The translations under genes were made by a program, and so were the position numbers. DNA of 64,000 nt, from assembly GCA_046085985.1 (NCBI GenBank), contig JBJSWS010000206.1, positions 7,389-71,388 on the forward strand. Reading direction: 5' to 3'. This document shows positions 1 through 11,524 of this stretch, one piece after another (the first letter of the stretch is position 1; every line of letters begins with the position of its first letter). The notes under the pieces were generated by a model. That model did no database searches, had not been told where the DNA came from, and worked only from the letters and a program-made list of their open reading frames with translations. Source of the stretch: Actinomycetales bacterium (GTDB lineage Bacteria; Actinomycetota; Actinomycetes; Nanopelagicales; Nanopelagicaceae).

Positions 1-275
1 GGATACATGCAGATCTAGTTATTGCGCTACTTGGACTGACTATCGCATTATTTATTGCAATCAAACTTGGTGAATCTGGTGATACAAAGATTGAAATGGG
101 TCGGGCAGTTAAGAGTTTTCTTCTTATTGCGTTAGCGCAGGCAGGCTTGGGGTACGTTCAATATTTCACTGGCTTGCCCGAGTTAATCGTTGGGTTTCAC
201 ATATTTGGGGCGATTCTCGTGTGGCTATCAGCCTGGAATATCGTCATTAAAGGTAATGTCCTTACCCGAAGATGA
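1..275 (+). CDS. ctaA: heme A synthase (COX15/CtaA family), C-terminal fragment; 5' end lies off-window
   Basis: Frame 3 is open from the window edge to TGA at 273-275, giving an ATGA overlap with the tkt start. The translation ...LIALAQAGLGYVQYFTGLPELIVGFHIFGAILVWLSAW... is transmembrane-helical and has the His-containing last helix typical of CtaA. The family call rests on a remembered motif and on tkt-neighbour synteny in Actinobacteria. Confidence 0.5.
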   Translation, partial: IHADLVIALLGLTIALFIAIKLGESGDTKIEMGRAVKSFLLIALAQAGLGYVQYFTGLPELIVGFHIFGAILVWLSAWNIVIKGNVLTRR

Positions 276-2341
276 AGCGAGATACCGAACTTCCTGACTG
301 GGAAGAACTAGACGATCAAGCAGTTGCAGTCGCTCGAGCCCTTGCGATGGATTCAGTCCAGCGGGTTGGAAACGGTCATCCCGGTACTGCAATGTCTCTG
401 GCCCCAGTTGCTTACACCTTATTCCAAAGATTCTTAAAGCACGATCCGAAAGATCCGGAATGGATCGGTAGGGATAGATTTATTCTTTCGTGCGGACATT
501 CTTCACTAACGTTATACATCCAACTTTTATTTAGCGGGTATGGCTTAACGATTGAAGATTTGAAATCGTTTAGAACTTGGGGCTCGCTAACTCCAGGTCA
601 TCCCGAATTTGGTCATACAAAGGGAGTAGAGACAACTACTGGACCTCTTGGTCAAGGAATTGCTAATGGGGTTGGTATGGCGATGGCGGCTCGATACAAA
701 CAAGGACTTTTAGACCCAACAAGTGATTTCAATTCAAGTCTCTTTGCTCACAATATCTGGGTGATTTGCAGCGATGGGGATATTCAAGAAGGCGTCAGCG
801 CTGAAGCTTCTTCTCTTGCAGGCACTCAAGCGCTTGGTAACCTAAAAATCATTTATGACGATAATCGAATTTCAATTGATGGAGATACTCATAACGCATT
901 TACCGAAGATGTAAGCGCTCGCTATAGATCATATGGCTGGAATGTGATTGAAGTTCCAGCAAAAGTTAACGGTGATGTTGATCGTGACCTCCTCGAGGAA
1001 GCCATGGCGCAAGCGGTCCAGGAATTGAATCGTCCAACCTTGATTCGTCTGCAAAGTGTGATTGCTTGGCCAGCCCCCAAGGCCAGGAATACTGCAAAAT
1101 CACATGGTTCAGCGCTTGGCGCAGAAGAAGTTGCTGCGACAAAAATTGAGCTAGGTCTACCTGCGCAAGATTTTTATTTTCCTCCTGAGATTGAAAATCA
1201 TGTACGGAAAGTACTCGATCGAAATCGTGCGATGCGTGAGCGGTGGGAAAACGAATTTAAGAATTGGCAAATTGCTAATCCGCAAGGTGCCGCTCTCCTG
1301 GATCGCCTGCGCAAGAATGAACTGCCCGACAATTGGGAAAAGGCGCTTCCTCATTTTGAAAACGGAAAAGAGATAGCGACCAGAAAAGCCTCGGGTGAAG
1401 TTATCAATAAATTAGCTGAACAATTTCCGGAAATGTTAGGTGGCTCTGCCGATTTAGCAGAAAGTAATAACACAACTATAGAAGGTGGCGGCGCCTTTCT
1501 GCCAAGTTCTTCAAAGATGCAAGGTGCCAATCCTTATGGCAGAAATATCTTCTTCGGAATTCGTGAACATGCAATGGGAGCAATTATCAATGGCATGGCG
1601 CTACATGGCGGACTCAGGCCATTTGCCGGTACTTTTTTAGTATTCAGTGACTACATGCGCGGCGCAGTGAGATTATCGGCTTTAATGCAATTGCCGGTAA
1701 CTTTTATCTGGACTCATGATTCAATTGGTCTAGGTGAAGATGGACCAACTCACCAGCCGATTGAACATCTCGCATCTCTTCGCGCAATGCCTGGACTTGA
1801 TGTGATTAGACCTGCTGATGCAAATGAAGTTTCTATAGCTTGGCGAGAAATTATCTTAAATAGAAAACCTGCAGCATTAATTCTTTCTAGACAGAACCTT
1901 CCAGTCCTCGATCGAAAAATCATAAATGCGGCAGAAGGTGCAGCAAAGGGCGCCTATCCGCTCCTTGGCGTGAAAGAACCCGACGTAATCCTGATCGCGA
2001 CAGGTTCAGAGGTATCGCTGGCATTAGCGGCCGCTGCTGAACTGAAGCAATCAGGGGTCAGAGCGGAGGTTGTCAGCGCAATCTCCCTGGAGTGGTTCGC
2101 TCGTCAACCTGAAAGTTATCGAAACTCGGTTCTTCCACCCGAAGTTAAGGCTCGAGTCAGTATCGAAGCTGGCGTAGCGCTTGGTTGGCGTGAATATGTT
2201 GGAGAAAAAGGTGAAGTAGTTTCGATTGATCATTTTGGCGCTTCAGCAGCTCACACTAAGTTATTTACCGAGTTTGGATTCACCGTGGAAAATGTCATTT
2301 CAGCTGCCAAACGTTCTCTAGAAAAATCGCGTAACCAATAG
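272..2341 (+). CDS. tkt: transketolase
   Basis: 689-aa ORF with transketolase motifs (GHPGTAMS near the N-terminus, GDGDIQEG, THDSIGLGEDGPTHQPIEHL). Followed directly by tal. Confidence 0.95.
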   Translation: MKRDTELPDWEELDDQAVAVARALAMDSVQRVGNGHPGTAMSLAPVAYTLFQRFLKHDPKDPEWIGRDRFILSCGHSSLTLYIQLLFSGYGLTIEDLKSFRTWGSLTPGHPEFGHTKGVETTTGPLGQGIANGVGMAMAARYKQGLLDPTSDFNSSLFAHNIWVICSDGDIQEGVSAEASSLAGTQALGNLKIIYDDNRISIDGDTHNAFTEDVSARYRSYGWNVIEVPAKVNGDVDRDLLEEAMAQAVQELNRPTLIRLQSVIAWPAPKARNTAKSHGSALGAEEVAATKIELGLPAQDFYFPPEIENHVRKVLDRNRAMRERWENEFKNWQIANPQGAALLDRLRKNELPDNWEKALPHFENGKEIATRKASGEVINKLAEQFPEMLGGSADLAESNNTTIEGGGAFLPSSSKMQGANPYGRNIFFGIREHAMGAIINGMALHGGLRPFAGTFLVFSDYMRGAVRLSALMQLPVTFIWTHDSIGLGEDGPTHQPIEHLASLRAMPGLDVIRPADANEVSIAWREIILNRKPAALILSRQNLPVLDRKIINAAEGAAKGAYPLLGVKEPDVILIATGSEVSLALAAAAELKQSGVRAEVVSAISLEWFARQPESYRNSVLPPEVKARVSIEAGVALGWREYVGEKGEVVSIDHFGASAAHTKLFTEFGFTVENVISAAKRSLEKSRNQ

Positions 2342-2354
2342 GACGGTACAGAAC

Positions 2355-3452
2355 TTGTCACTTGAAAAAGTTTCAAAGGCCGGGGTCTCAATCTGGCTCG
2401 ATGACCTTTCTCGAGAACGATTACGAAGAGATGGAAAGGCGACCTACCTTAAAGAGTTAGTCGACTCAAGTCATGTTGTTGGTGTTACGACGAATCCAGC
2501 TATTTTTTCTGCTGCTATCTCAAATTCTTCTTTGTACAAAGATGACATTGTCGCCCTAGCGGGTAAAGGATTAAATCCCGAAGAAATCATTACCGAACTT
2601 ACAACATCTGATGTGAGAAATGCCTGTGAAATCTTTATGCCCATCTTTGAAAAAACAAATGGCGTCGATGGTCGAGTGAGTATTGAGGTCGATCCGAGAT
2701 TAGCTCGCTCTGCCGATGAAACTGTAAAGCAAGCTTTTTATCTCTGTGAGAAAGTTGCGATGCCGAATGTCTTGATAAAAGTGCCCGCCACTATTGAGGG
2801 TTTAGCTGCTATCCGCACATTAACTGCCGCCGGAATAAGCATTAATGTGACAATTATTTTCTCTTTGAAGCGCTATCAAGAGGTCTTGGATTCATTTCTT
2901 CTCGGATTAGAAGATCGTCTACAAAAAGGAATGGAGATTTCAAAGATTCACTCAGTCGCCTCATTCTTTGTAAGTCGAGTAGATACCGAGATAGATCCTC
3001 GTCTGGACTCTTTAATGAATGGTTCGTTACGAGGTAAGGCCGCGTTGGCTAATGCCAGATTGGCTTACCAGCACTTTAGTGAAGTTAAAACAAGTGATCG
3101 ATGGAAGAAAATATCTGCACAAGGTGGAAATTTGCAGAGACCACTTTGGGCCTCCACTGGAGTGAAGGATCCAACATATGACCCGACACTGTACGTTCTG
3201 GACTTAGTTGCAAGTGAGACGGTTAACACTATGCCAGAAGGAACCTTAAATGCGGTGCGAATCAGTGAAAGATTTAGCGGCGACACAATAAGCGGAATGT
3301 TTACGCACGCACACGAGCATTTAAATCAACTCAAGTCGATTGGGATTGATATTGATGAAGTTGCGCTTAAATTAGAAAGAGAAGGCATTGAGAAATTCAT
3401 TAACCCTTGGAACGAACTGATCTCTGTCGTTGAGAGAGCTTCAATTGCTTGA
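2355..3452 (+). CDS. tal: transaldolase (long actinobacterial type)
   Basis: 365-aa ORF with a TTG start. Carries the VTTNPAIF and LIKVPAT (Schiff-base Lys) motifs. The tkt-tal order is conserved. Confidence 0.93.
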   Translation: MSLEKVSKAGVSIWLDDLSRERLRRDGKATYLKELVDSSHVVGVTTNPAIFSAAISNSSLYKDDIVALAGKGLNPEEIITELTTSDVRNACEIFMPIFEKTNGVDGRVSIEVDPRLARSADETVKQAFYLCEKVAMPNVLIKVPATIEGLAAIRTLTAAGISINVTIIFSLKRYQEVLDSFLLGLEDRLQKGMEISKIHSVASFFVSRVDTEIDPRLDSLMNGSLRGKAALANARLAYQHFSEVKTSDRWKKISAQGGNLQRPLWASTGVKDPTYDPTLYVLDLVASETVNTMPEGTLNAVRISERFSGDTISGMFTHAHEHLNQLKSIGIDIDEVALKLEREGIEKFINPWNELISVVERASIA

Positions 3453-4941
3453 GATTTCAGGATTCGTTGGATCTGCACGTAATATAAGTAATCTCAATTC
3501 AATAACTTCAAGGCTAGCTGCGAAAGATTCAACTCTTTGGGGAGAGAAGGCCGCAAAAGAGGCAGCCATTCGACTTGATTGGATTGACCTTCCAGAAAGC
3601 TCTAGAACATTGCTTCCAAAACTTGACGCGCTATCGGCATGGTCGCGCTCCCATAAACATGAGAATTTCATTCTCTGTGGAATGGGTGGATCATCACTTG
3701 CTCCTGAAGTTATAGCAGCTCATTACGGTAAAGAGTTGATTGTTCTTGACTCCACCAATCCGGATCAAGTGTCAGCAGCACTGCAAAGAGACCTTGCAAA
3801 AAGTTGCGTAATTATTGCGTCAAAATCTGGCGGCACAATTGAAACATCTTCTCAGAGAGCACTTTTTGTGGATCGTCTAACTAGCTTGGGCTTGCCCGTA
3901 GCGAATCACTTAGTAGTTATTACAGATCCCGGCAGTCCCCTGGAGCACTTCGCAAATGAAGTTGGCGCACAGCTCGTTTTGGCCAATCCTCATGTTGGAG
4001 GCAGATTCAGTGCGCTGAGTGCATTTGGCTTAGTGCCGGCAGCGCTACTCGGAATTGATGTCTCGCTTTTACTCGACGATGCGGAAACTGCTGCAGCTAC
4101 TTTTTTGCATGACGACTCTGTGGCAGTTCAAGTGGCTGCCGCTCTTGCTGAATCCGAATCCTCATTTCCCGAATTTTTTGATAAGGATTCAGAGTTCGTT
4201 GGAATAGCAGATTGGATCGAGCAACTCATCGCAGAATCGACTGGTAAAGATGGAAAAGGAGTCCTGCCAGTTGTTCTCCATAATTCCATGGATGTTACTT
4301 CTGGAACTATTCAATTCCATAGATCTGCTGACAAATACATAATTGGTACTCTGGGTGCACACTTTATTTTTTGGGAGTGGGTAACCGCACTTCTCTGCTA
4401 CCTGCTTAAAGTGGATCCTTTCAACCAGCCAAATGTTGCTGAGGCAAAGGAACTTACAAATAAGTGCCTATCTGGAGAATTAGCCGAACAACTCCCGGCA
4501 TACGAAGATGACGATTTAATTATTTATGCTCCCAAAAGTATGCAATCAATACCAGAATATCTTCATTGGCTAACCGGTGGTTCATATATTGCCATCATGG
4601 CCTATTTAAATCGTGATACGGATTCTGAATTTATTGAGTTACGCTCACTTTTGGCTCATAAGTCTAATAAGCCGGTCACTTTTGGCTGGGGTCCGAGGTT
4701 TTTGCATTCCACCGGACAATTTCATAAAGGCGGGCCGTTGATTGGCACATTCTTACAAATAACCGCTGATAGTGAGAGGCAAATTGCAATCCCCGGTGTT
4801 GATTATGATTTTGAGGAATTAATTCTTGCCCAAGCTAAGGGAGATTACGTTGCGCTTTCTTCTCGCAATATGCCAGTAATGCGAATTCATTTAAAAGATA
4901 AACGGCAAGGACTAGCAAAAATAAAAAGAGAAGTTAACTAA
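3430..4941 (+). CDS. pgi: glucose-6-phosphate isomerase
   Basis: 503-aa ORF with SIS/PGI motifs GMGGSSLAPE, SKSGGTIETS and HVGGRFSALSAFGL. The TTG start at 3430 overlaps the tal 3' end by 23 nt, so the true start may be slightly downstream. Confidence 0.85.
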   Translation: MRELQLLEISGFVGSARNISNLNSITSRLAAKDSTLWGEKAAKEAAIRLDWIDLPESSRTLLPKLDALSAWSRSHKHENFILCGMGGSSLAPEVIAAHYGKELIVLDSTNPDQVSAALQRDLAKSCVIIASKSGGTIETSSQRALFVDRLTSLGLPVANHLVVITDPGSPLEHFANEVGAQLVLANPHVGGRFSALSAFGLVPAALLGIDVSLLLDDAETAAATFLHDDSVAVQVAAALAESESSFPEFFDKDSEFVGIADWIEQLIAESTGKDGKGVLPVVLHNSMDVTSGTIQFHRSADKYIIGTLGAHFIFWEWVTALLCYLLKVDPFNQPNVAEAKELTNKCLSGELAEQLPAYEDDDLIIYAPKSMQSIPEYLHWLTGGSYIAIMAYLNRDTDSEFIELRSLLAHKSNKPVTFGWGPRFLHSTGQFHKGGPLIGTFLQITADSERQIAIPGVDYDFEELILAQAKGDYVALSSRNMPVMRIHLKDKRQGLAKIKREVN

Positions 4942-4942
4942 C

Positions 4943-5290
4943 TTACTCTTCGTCGTCTGCTTGCAACTTCTTAAGAGCTGCATCAAGAATCTTCTTTGCC
5001 TCAGCTTCGGTTCGACGCTCTTTTACATAGGCAAGATGAGTCTTATATGGCTCATTTTTCATTGGTGATGGCGGATTATTTTTATCTCGACCTGCCGGGA
5101 AACCACAGCGTGGGCAATCCCATTCATCTGGAATTGCAACAGTGCCATCATCGGCAAATGACGGCTTTGTCTCATGACCATTTAGACACCAATAGGAAAT
5201 TCGAAAACGAGCAATGGCTTCGCCACGTTCGGCTTCGCCCATAGGACCTGCGCCGACGCGTGAGCCACGGATTGCGCTTCCACCTGCCAT
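4943..5290 (-). CDS. rbpA: RNA polymerase-binding protein RbpA
   Basis: 115 aa. It has the N-terminal IRGSRVG motif, a Cys3-His zinc-ribbon pattern (YWCLNGHE...WDCPRCG) and a basic C-terminal helix (THLAYVKERRT). This family is specific to Actinobacteria. Confidence 0.85.
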   Translation of the reverse strand: MAGGSAIRGSRVGAGPMGEAERGEAIARFRISYWCLNGHETKPSFADDGTVAIPDEWDCPRCGFPAGRDKNNPPSPMKNEPYKTHLAYVKERRTEAEAKKILDAALKKLQADDEE

Positions 5291-5316
5291 TTAGGTTTCC
5301 TCCTTGCTAATTACTT

Positions 5317-5544
5317 TTATTTGAGAACAAGACCAAGTGCGATTACAGATGAGAACCAGAGTCCTCCAACAATGATTGTGATTCGATCCAAATTCTTCTC
5401 AACAACAGATGAGCCACCATAAGTGGAAGATAACCCACCTCCAAAGAGGTCGGAGAGCCCGCTGCCTTTACCTTTATGCAGCAGGACAAGGAGAATCATC
5501 AAGATGCTTGTGATAACTAACGCTATCGATAACGCTAAAGCCAA
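5317..5544 (-). CDS. secG: preprotein translocase subunit SecG
   Basis: 75 aa with two transmembrane helices flanking a Gly-rich loop (HKGKGSGLSDLFGGG). Sits in the conserved position downstream of tpiA. Confidence 0.85.
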   Translation of the reverse strand: MALALSIALVITSILMILLVLLHKGKGSGLSDLFGGGLSSTYGGSSVVEKNLDRITIIVGGLWFSSVIALGLVLK

Positions 5545-5598
5545 GTGTTGCTCCTTCTCTAACAGGATGAGGGGGTAAGCCTACCGCTTTTCAAAACC

Positions 5599-6372
5599 CT
5601 AGATGACTCGATGGAACTTACAGATTCGAGCAAATTCTTCCGGCTCAAGGCTGGCTCCACCAACTAGTGCGCCATCTATATCAGGTTGCCTCATGATGTC
5701 TACGATATTTGCAGATTTAACTGAACCGCCGTAGAGAATCCGTGCATTTTGAGAGATTTCTTCACTCCCAATCTGAATCAATGCTTTGCGAATCTGGCCA
5801 CAAACTTCCTCTGCATCTTCAGGTGTTGCGGTTTTGCCAGTACCAATTGCCCAGATTGGTTCGTAAGCAAAAACGATTTTCTTCAAATCTGGTTTATGTA
5901 GACCCTTCAAGCCCGCTTTGAGTTGATCAATAACATATTTAACGTGGACCCCAGATTCTCTTACTGAAAGTTCCTCTCCAATACAAAATATTGGAGTCAT
6001 GTCATTTGCAAGAACTGCTCGAAGTTTTCGATTCAATAATTCATCGCTTTCTCCGTGAACTGCACGTCTCTCGGAGTGTCCAACAATCACATAGCTACAA
6101 TCCAGTTTTTTCAACATGGAACCGGAAATATCCCCAGTAAAGGCTCCTGACTTCTCAGGTGAAATGTCCTGAGCGCCATAAGAGATTCTCAATCGATCCC
6201 CATCAACAAGCGTTTGCACTGATCGAAGATCCGTAAAAGGAGGAAAGATTGCTACATCAACAGCCTCAAAATCTTTCTCCTCAAGAGAATATGCAAGTTT
6301 CTGAGTAACTGCGATCGCCTCGAGATGATTCAGATTCATCTTCCAATTACCTGCAATTAAAGGTTTTCGCAC
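5599..6372 (-). CDS. tpiA: triosephosphate isomerase
   Basis: 257 aa with motifs IAGNWKMN, VGHSERR and AYEPIWAIGTG. Confidence 0.95.
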   Translation of the reverse strand: MRKPLIAGNWKMNLNHLEAIAVTQKLAYSLEEKDFEAVDVAIFPPFTDLRSVQTLVDGDRLRISYGAQDISPEKSGAFTGDISGSMLKKLDCSYVIVGHSERRAVHGESDELLNRKLRAVLANDMTPIFCIGEELSVRESGVHVKYVIDQLKAGLKGLHKPDLKKIVFAYEPIWAIGTGKTATPEDAEEVCGQIRKALIQIGSEEISQNARILYGGSVKSANIVDIMRQPDIDGALVGGASLEPEEFARICKFHRVI

Positions 6373-6406
6373 TTTCTCCCTTTCCTTGATTGTCCGCTTT
6401 GTTCAA

Positions 6407-7606
6407 TTACTGCAAGGCAATTAAACCGGGCAACTCCTTGCCCTCAAGATACTCGAGAGAAGCGCCGCCACCAGTGGATATATAACCAAAGTCGCTATCT
6501 TTAAAACCTAGTTTTCTCACCGCTGCTGCCGAGTCTCCCCCTCCAACAACAGAGAGGCCATTTACTCTTGTTAGAGCTTGTGCGATCTTTCGAGTGCCTT
6601 GCGCAAAATTCGTGAACTCAAATACGCCCATAGGGCCATTCCAGAAAACAGTTGCTGACGATTCAATCGCCGCCGCGAAGGTACTTGCACTTTCGGGGCC
6701 AATATCAAGACCGATTTGATCGACAGGTATATTTTCAATCGGGACAATCGAAGGCGATTCATTAGCAAAATTTGGCGCAACAACAATATCTGAAGGAAGC
6801 AATATCTCAACGCCCAATTCACTTGCTTGATTAAGGATTGAGTTAACAGTTTCCAAAGATTCCATTTCAAGTAATGACTTCCCTACTTCGTAACCTTTCG
6901 CTTTTAGAAATGTGAATACCATGCCACCGCCGATTGCAATGCGGTCAACTTTCTTAAGTAAATTAGTTATAACGCCGATTTTGTCGGAAACTTTCGCACC
7001 GCCAAGAATAACGGTGTACGGCCTAGCTGGGTTCACCGTTAACTTCTGTAGAACTGAGACTTCAGCAATCACTAATTTTCCAGCTGCGTGAGGCAAGGAC
7101 TGAGCTAACTCATAAACAGAAGCGTGTTTTCTATGCACAGCACCAAAGCCATCACCCACATAAAAATCAGCAAGGGTTGCCAATTTAGCAGCTAGCGCTC
7201 TTCGTTCGTTATCATCCTTAGAAGTTTCAGCCGCTTCAAAGCGAATATTTTCTAGTAAAAGTATCTCGCCAGCCTTTAAATCTTTCGCCAAAGACTGTGT
7301 GCTTTCAGAGAGTACATCTTCTGCAAACTTAACTTCATGTTTCAAGATTTCCGATAATCTCATGGCTACTGGCCGGAGCGAAAGTTCAGGTTTTCGTTCA
7401 CCTTTTGGTCGGCCTAAGTGAGCACAGATGATGATTGCAGCACCGGCATCCAGAAGAAATTGGATGGTTGGAATCGAAGCTCTGATTCTTCCGTCATCCG
7501 TTATCAAGAACTGTGCGTTGTCATCTTTGGAAATAGGTACATTCAAATCACAGCGAAGAAAGACCCGTTTGCCCTTGACGACATCGGGTTTAAGTTCAGA
7601 GAACAA
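6407..7606 (-). CDS. pgk: phosphoglycerate kinase
   Basis: 399 aa with motifs RCDLNVP, AHLGRPKG and STGGGASLE. Confidence 0.95.
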   Translation of the reverse strand: MFSELKPDVVKGKRVFLRCDLNVPISKDDNAQFLITDDGRIRASIPTIQFLLDAGAAIIICAHLGRPKGERKPELSLRPVAMRLSEILKHEVKFAEDVLSESTQSLAKDLKAGEILLLENIRFEAAETSKDDNERRALAAKLATLADFYVGDGFGAVHRKHASVYELAQSLPHAAGKLVIAEVSVLQKLTVNPARPYTVILGGAKVSDKIGVITNLLKKVDRIAIGGGMVFTFLKAKGYEVGKSLLEMESLETVNSILNQASELGVEILLPSDIVVAPNFANESPSIVPIENIPVDQIGLDIGPESASTFAAAIESSATVFWNGPMGVFEFTNFAQGTRKIAQALTRVNGLSVVGGGDSAAAVRKLGFKDSDFGYISTGGGASLEYLEGKELPGLIALQ

Positions 7607-7609
7607 CTT

Positions 7610-8611
<1,002 letters not shown>

Positions 8612-8680
8612 TTAAAACCTCGTTCTAAGGAATTATTGCCACAACGTCGTGGGCTTGAATTCTATCAACGTGCACGTACT

Positions 8681-9658
8681 TCAGTTGAGCAAATCTGGTG
8701 TTAATCCTGCCTCAGTATCTGGTATTCCCAATTCAGAGGCGCGTTTATCTGCCATGGCAAGCAATCTGCGGATTCGGCCGGCAATCGCATCTTTGGTCAT
8801 CGGCGGTGACGCCAGAGAACCTAACTCTTCCAAACTGGCTTGTCCGTGATTAATTCTAAGATCTCCTGCTTCGCGTAAGTGTCCTGGAATCTCATCACCA
8901 AGAATTTCTAGCGCACGTTGGACTCGTGCAGATGCAGCTACGGCAGCGCGAGCAGACCTGCGTAAATTTGCATCATCAAAGTTTGCTAACCGATTTGCAG
9001 TTGCACGTACCTCTCGACGCATTCTTCGCTCTTCCCAAGCCAGAACGCTTTCATGTGCACCTAATCTCGTTAAGAGAACTCCGATTGCATCGCCGTCACG
9101 AATTACTACGCGATCGACTCCACGAACTTCGCGCGCCTTAGCTGTTATTCCTAATCGGCGCGCTGCGCCTACTAATGCCAAAGCAGCTTCAGGTCCAGGA
9201 CAAGTAATTTCCAGAGCGGATGAACGGCCCGGTTCGGTTAAAGAACCGTGAGCCAAGAATGCGCCGCGCCATGCAGCCTCTGCATCGCAAACACCTGCAG
9301 AAACTACTTGAGGTGGCAAGCCCCTCACTGGACGCGCATTTGAATCAACTAGACCAGTCTGACGAGCCAGCGCATCACCATCTTTTATCACGCGAACTAA
9401 GTAACGACTTCCTTTACGTAAGCCGCCGGCGCTAATCACCGCAAGATCTGATTCATGTCCGTAAATATCGCCGATATCTTTACGAATTCTCCGGGCAGCT
9501 TGAGCGGTATCTAATTCAATTTCCACCATGATCTTGCCCGCCGTGAGATGAAGCCCGCCTGCAAATCTCAAAATTGCTGATACCTCTGCCTTTCGACAAC
9601 AAGGCTTAGAGACGGAAAGTCGACTCAATTCATCTTTTACTGATGCAGTCATTGCCAC
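8681..9658 (-). CDS. whiA: sporulation/cell-division transcription factor WhiA
   Basis: 325 aa. [14 protein letters not shown]..., the LAGLIDADG-like core and the C-terminal HTH ([14 protein letters not shown]) closely match actinobacterial WhiA. Confidence 0.9.
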   Translation of the reverse strand: MAMTASVKDELSRLSVSKPCCRKAEVSAILRFAGGLHLTAGKIMVEIELDTAQAARRIRKDIGDIYGHESDLAVISAGGLRKGSRYLVRVIKDGDALARQTGLVDSNARPVRGLPPQVVSAGVCDAEAAWRGAFLAHGSLTEPGRSSALEITCPGPEAALALVGAARRLGITAKAREVRGVDRVVIRDGDAIGVLLTRLGAHESVLAWEERRMRREVRATANRLANFDDANLRRSARAAVAASARVQRALEILGDEIPGHLREAGDLRINHGQASLEELGSLASPPMTKDAIAGRIRRLLAMADKRASELGIPDTEAGLTPDLLN

Positions 9659-9663
9659 GAGCG

Positions 9664-10623
9664 TTATCTAATCACTTCATCCGCAATAATGTTGCGGAAA
9701 TCCAAAAATAATTTCTTATGATCATGCTGATTGCTGCCTAAACTTGTTGCGAGATCGCTCACAATTAATCTACCGCCCAGCAATTCAACCATTTCCGAGA
9801 GTTCTTGAAATGAACCTCCAGATGTAGTAATGGATTGATCGGCTATTGCGTAATCACATTTGAGTTGGGGAGCGAATCTTCTTAAAACTCTTAAGTGCTC
9901 CGCTGGTGAAGTGCCAGCAAATTCATCTCCACTCACATTACTATTTGCATCAAGATTGATTACTAAAATCCTCTTGGCTCTTGATCTACAAATTGCCTCT
10001 CGTTGCGACGGTAGCAAGAAATGCGGAAGAACGCTTGAAAACCAGGATCCCGGTCCGAAAATTAACCAGTCGGCAGCCTCAATTGATTCGATGCCCTCGG
10101 TGGTTGGGTTTGCCGAGTTTGGCAAGAGCTTAAGATCTTCAAGAAGACCTTTAGCGACTGCAACTTCCTTCTGTCCTCTAACAACTTGCATTCCTTGCCA
10201 AGTTCTAAAAGTGCCCTCGATATCAAGCGGTTCGTTGGACATTGGCAATACTCGACCAACAACTTTGAGAAGTTCACCAACTTTATCTAGACCCTTAACT
10301 GGATCTGATTCTCGATCCCAGAGCGCCGCAAGCAATAGATTGCCGATTGCGTGCCCGTTTAATTCCCCATCTGAAGTAAAGCGATATTGAATCAACTCTG
10401 CCCAACTTCTCCCCCAATCATCTTCAGCGCAGAGAGCAGCTAGGGCCATTCGTAAATCTCCCGGTGGGAGAGAATTAAATTCTTTACGTAAACGTCCACT
10501 TGAGCCACCATTATCTGCAACAGTAACAATCGCTGTTATATCTACAGCGAGCAGACGGAGTGCTCGCAAAGTTGCAGCGAGGCCGTGTCCGCCGCCAAAG
10601 GCAACGACTTTCACTTTACTCAT
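9664..10623 (-). CDS. yvcK: gluconeogenesis factor YvcK/CuvA (CofD-like family)
   Basis: 319 aa with N-terminal [10 protein letters not shown]. Conserved rapZ-yvcK-whiA synteny. Confidence 0.85.
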   Translation of the reverse strand: MSKVKVVAFGGGHGLAATLRALRLLAVDITAIVTVADNGGSSGRLRKEFNSLPPGDLRMALAALCAEDDWGRSWAELIQYRFTSDGELNGHAIGNLLLAALWDRESDPVKGLDKVGELLKVVGRVLPMSNEPLDIEGTFRTWQGMQVVRGQKEVAVAKGLLEDLKLLPNSANPTTEGIESIEAADWLIFGPGSWFSSVLPHFLLPSQREAICRSRAKRILVINLDANSNVSGDEFAGTSPAEHLRVLRRFAPQLKCDYAIADQSITTSGGSFQELSEMVELLGGRLIVSDLATSLGSNQHDHKKLFLDFRNIIADEVIR

Positions 10624-10630
10624 TTCGAAC

Positions 10631-11503
10631 TCAGCGCTCGCGTCCTAAGTCACGATGTATGGCGTGAGCAGAAACCTCGCCATCTTTAGCAATTGCTAAT
10701 CCGTTTAACCTTGTGGCAAGCTCTTCAGCAACTGCAACGCTTCTATGTTTTCCGCCGGTGCAACCAATTGCTAAGGTAATAAATTTCTTTCCTTCGTGTA
10801 GATATCCTCGCGCAATACTTTCAAACATCGCTACATATCTATCAAGAAATTCGGGAACTTCGGTCGCCCCAAGTACAGCCTTACTGACTTCAACGTCTAA
10901 ACCACTTTTAGGTCTCAGCTCCGGCTGCCAATGAGGATTCGGGATGAATCGACAATCCATAACTAAATCTGCGTCTGCTGGTATTCCAAACTTATAACCG
11001 AAAGAAAGTACATTAACTTTTAGAGATGCTAAAGATCCACTTTGGAAAAGTTCATTTATCTTACGTTCTAATTGATGGATGTTGAGTTGTGACGTGTCAA
11101 CGACTAAATCTGCTCCGCCGCGCAACTCATTTAGTTTGACACGTTCTCGTTCAATCCCATCGAGAATTCGATCGTTACCTTGCAAGGGATGCGGACGACG
11201 CGAAGATTCAAATCGACGTATTAATACTTCATCTGATGCATCAACAAAAACAATTTTTCGACTTACACCGCGTTCTGCCAGCTCCGCCAGCGCTTTATTT
11301 AAATGATCGAAGAATTGTCGACCACGTACATCGATTACTACTGCAACAGAGTCACTAGTCTGTTCAGTCAATTCAAGAAGCGCGCCAAGGAGTTGTGGTG
11401 GCAAATTATCAATTACATACCACCCTGCATCCTCCATCGAATGAGCAACGGTAGAACGGCCGGCGCCGCTCATGCCGGTTATGACAACAACTTCACGGGT
11501 CAT
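10631..11503 (-). CDS. rapZ: RNase adapter protein RapZ (P-loop NTPase)
   Basis: 290 aa with Walker A GMSGAGRS and the C-terminal CTGGKHRSV motif. Confidence 0.9.
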   Translation of the reverse strand: MTREVVVITGMSGAGRSTVAHSMEDAGWYVIDNLPPQLLGALLELTEQTSDSVAVVIDVRGRQFFDHLNKALAELAERGVSRKIVFVDASDEVLIRRFESSRRPHPLQGNDRILDGIERERVKLNELRGGADLVVDTSQLNIHQLERKINELFQSGSLASLKVNVLSFGYKFGIPADADLVMDCRFIPNPHWQPELRPKSGLDVEVSKAVLGATEVPEFLDRYVAMFESIARGYLHEGKKFITLAIGCTGGKHRSVAVAEELATRLNGLAIAKDGEVSAHAIHRDLGRER

Positions 11504-11524
11504 GGCTTAATCATGCTAGCTATG

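Noticed and set aside
9860-10390. Long antisense ORFs inside housekeeping genes: 176 aa in yvcK, 146 aa at 31017-31457 in trpE, 125 aa at 21661-22038 in polA, and 104 aa at 38721-39035.
   Set aside because: All lie opposite strongly supported conserved CDSs, have Ser/Pro/Arg-rich or repeat-mirror composition, and lack start-site signals. They are typical shadow ORFs.
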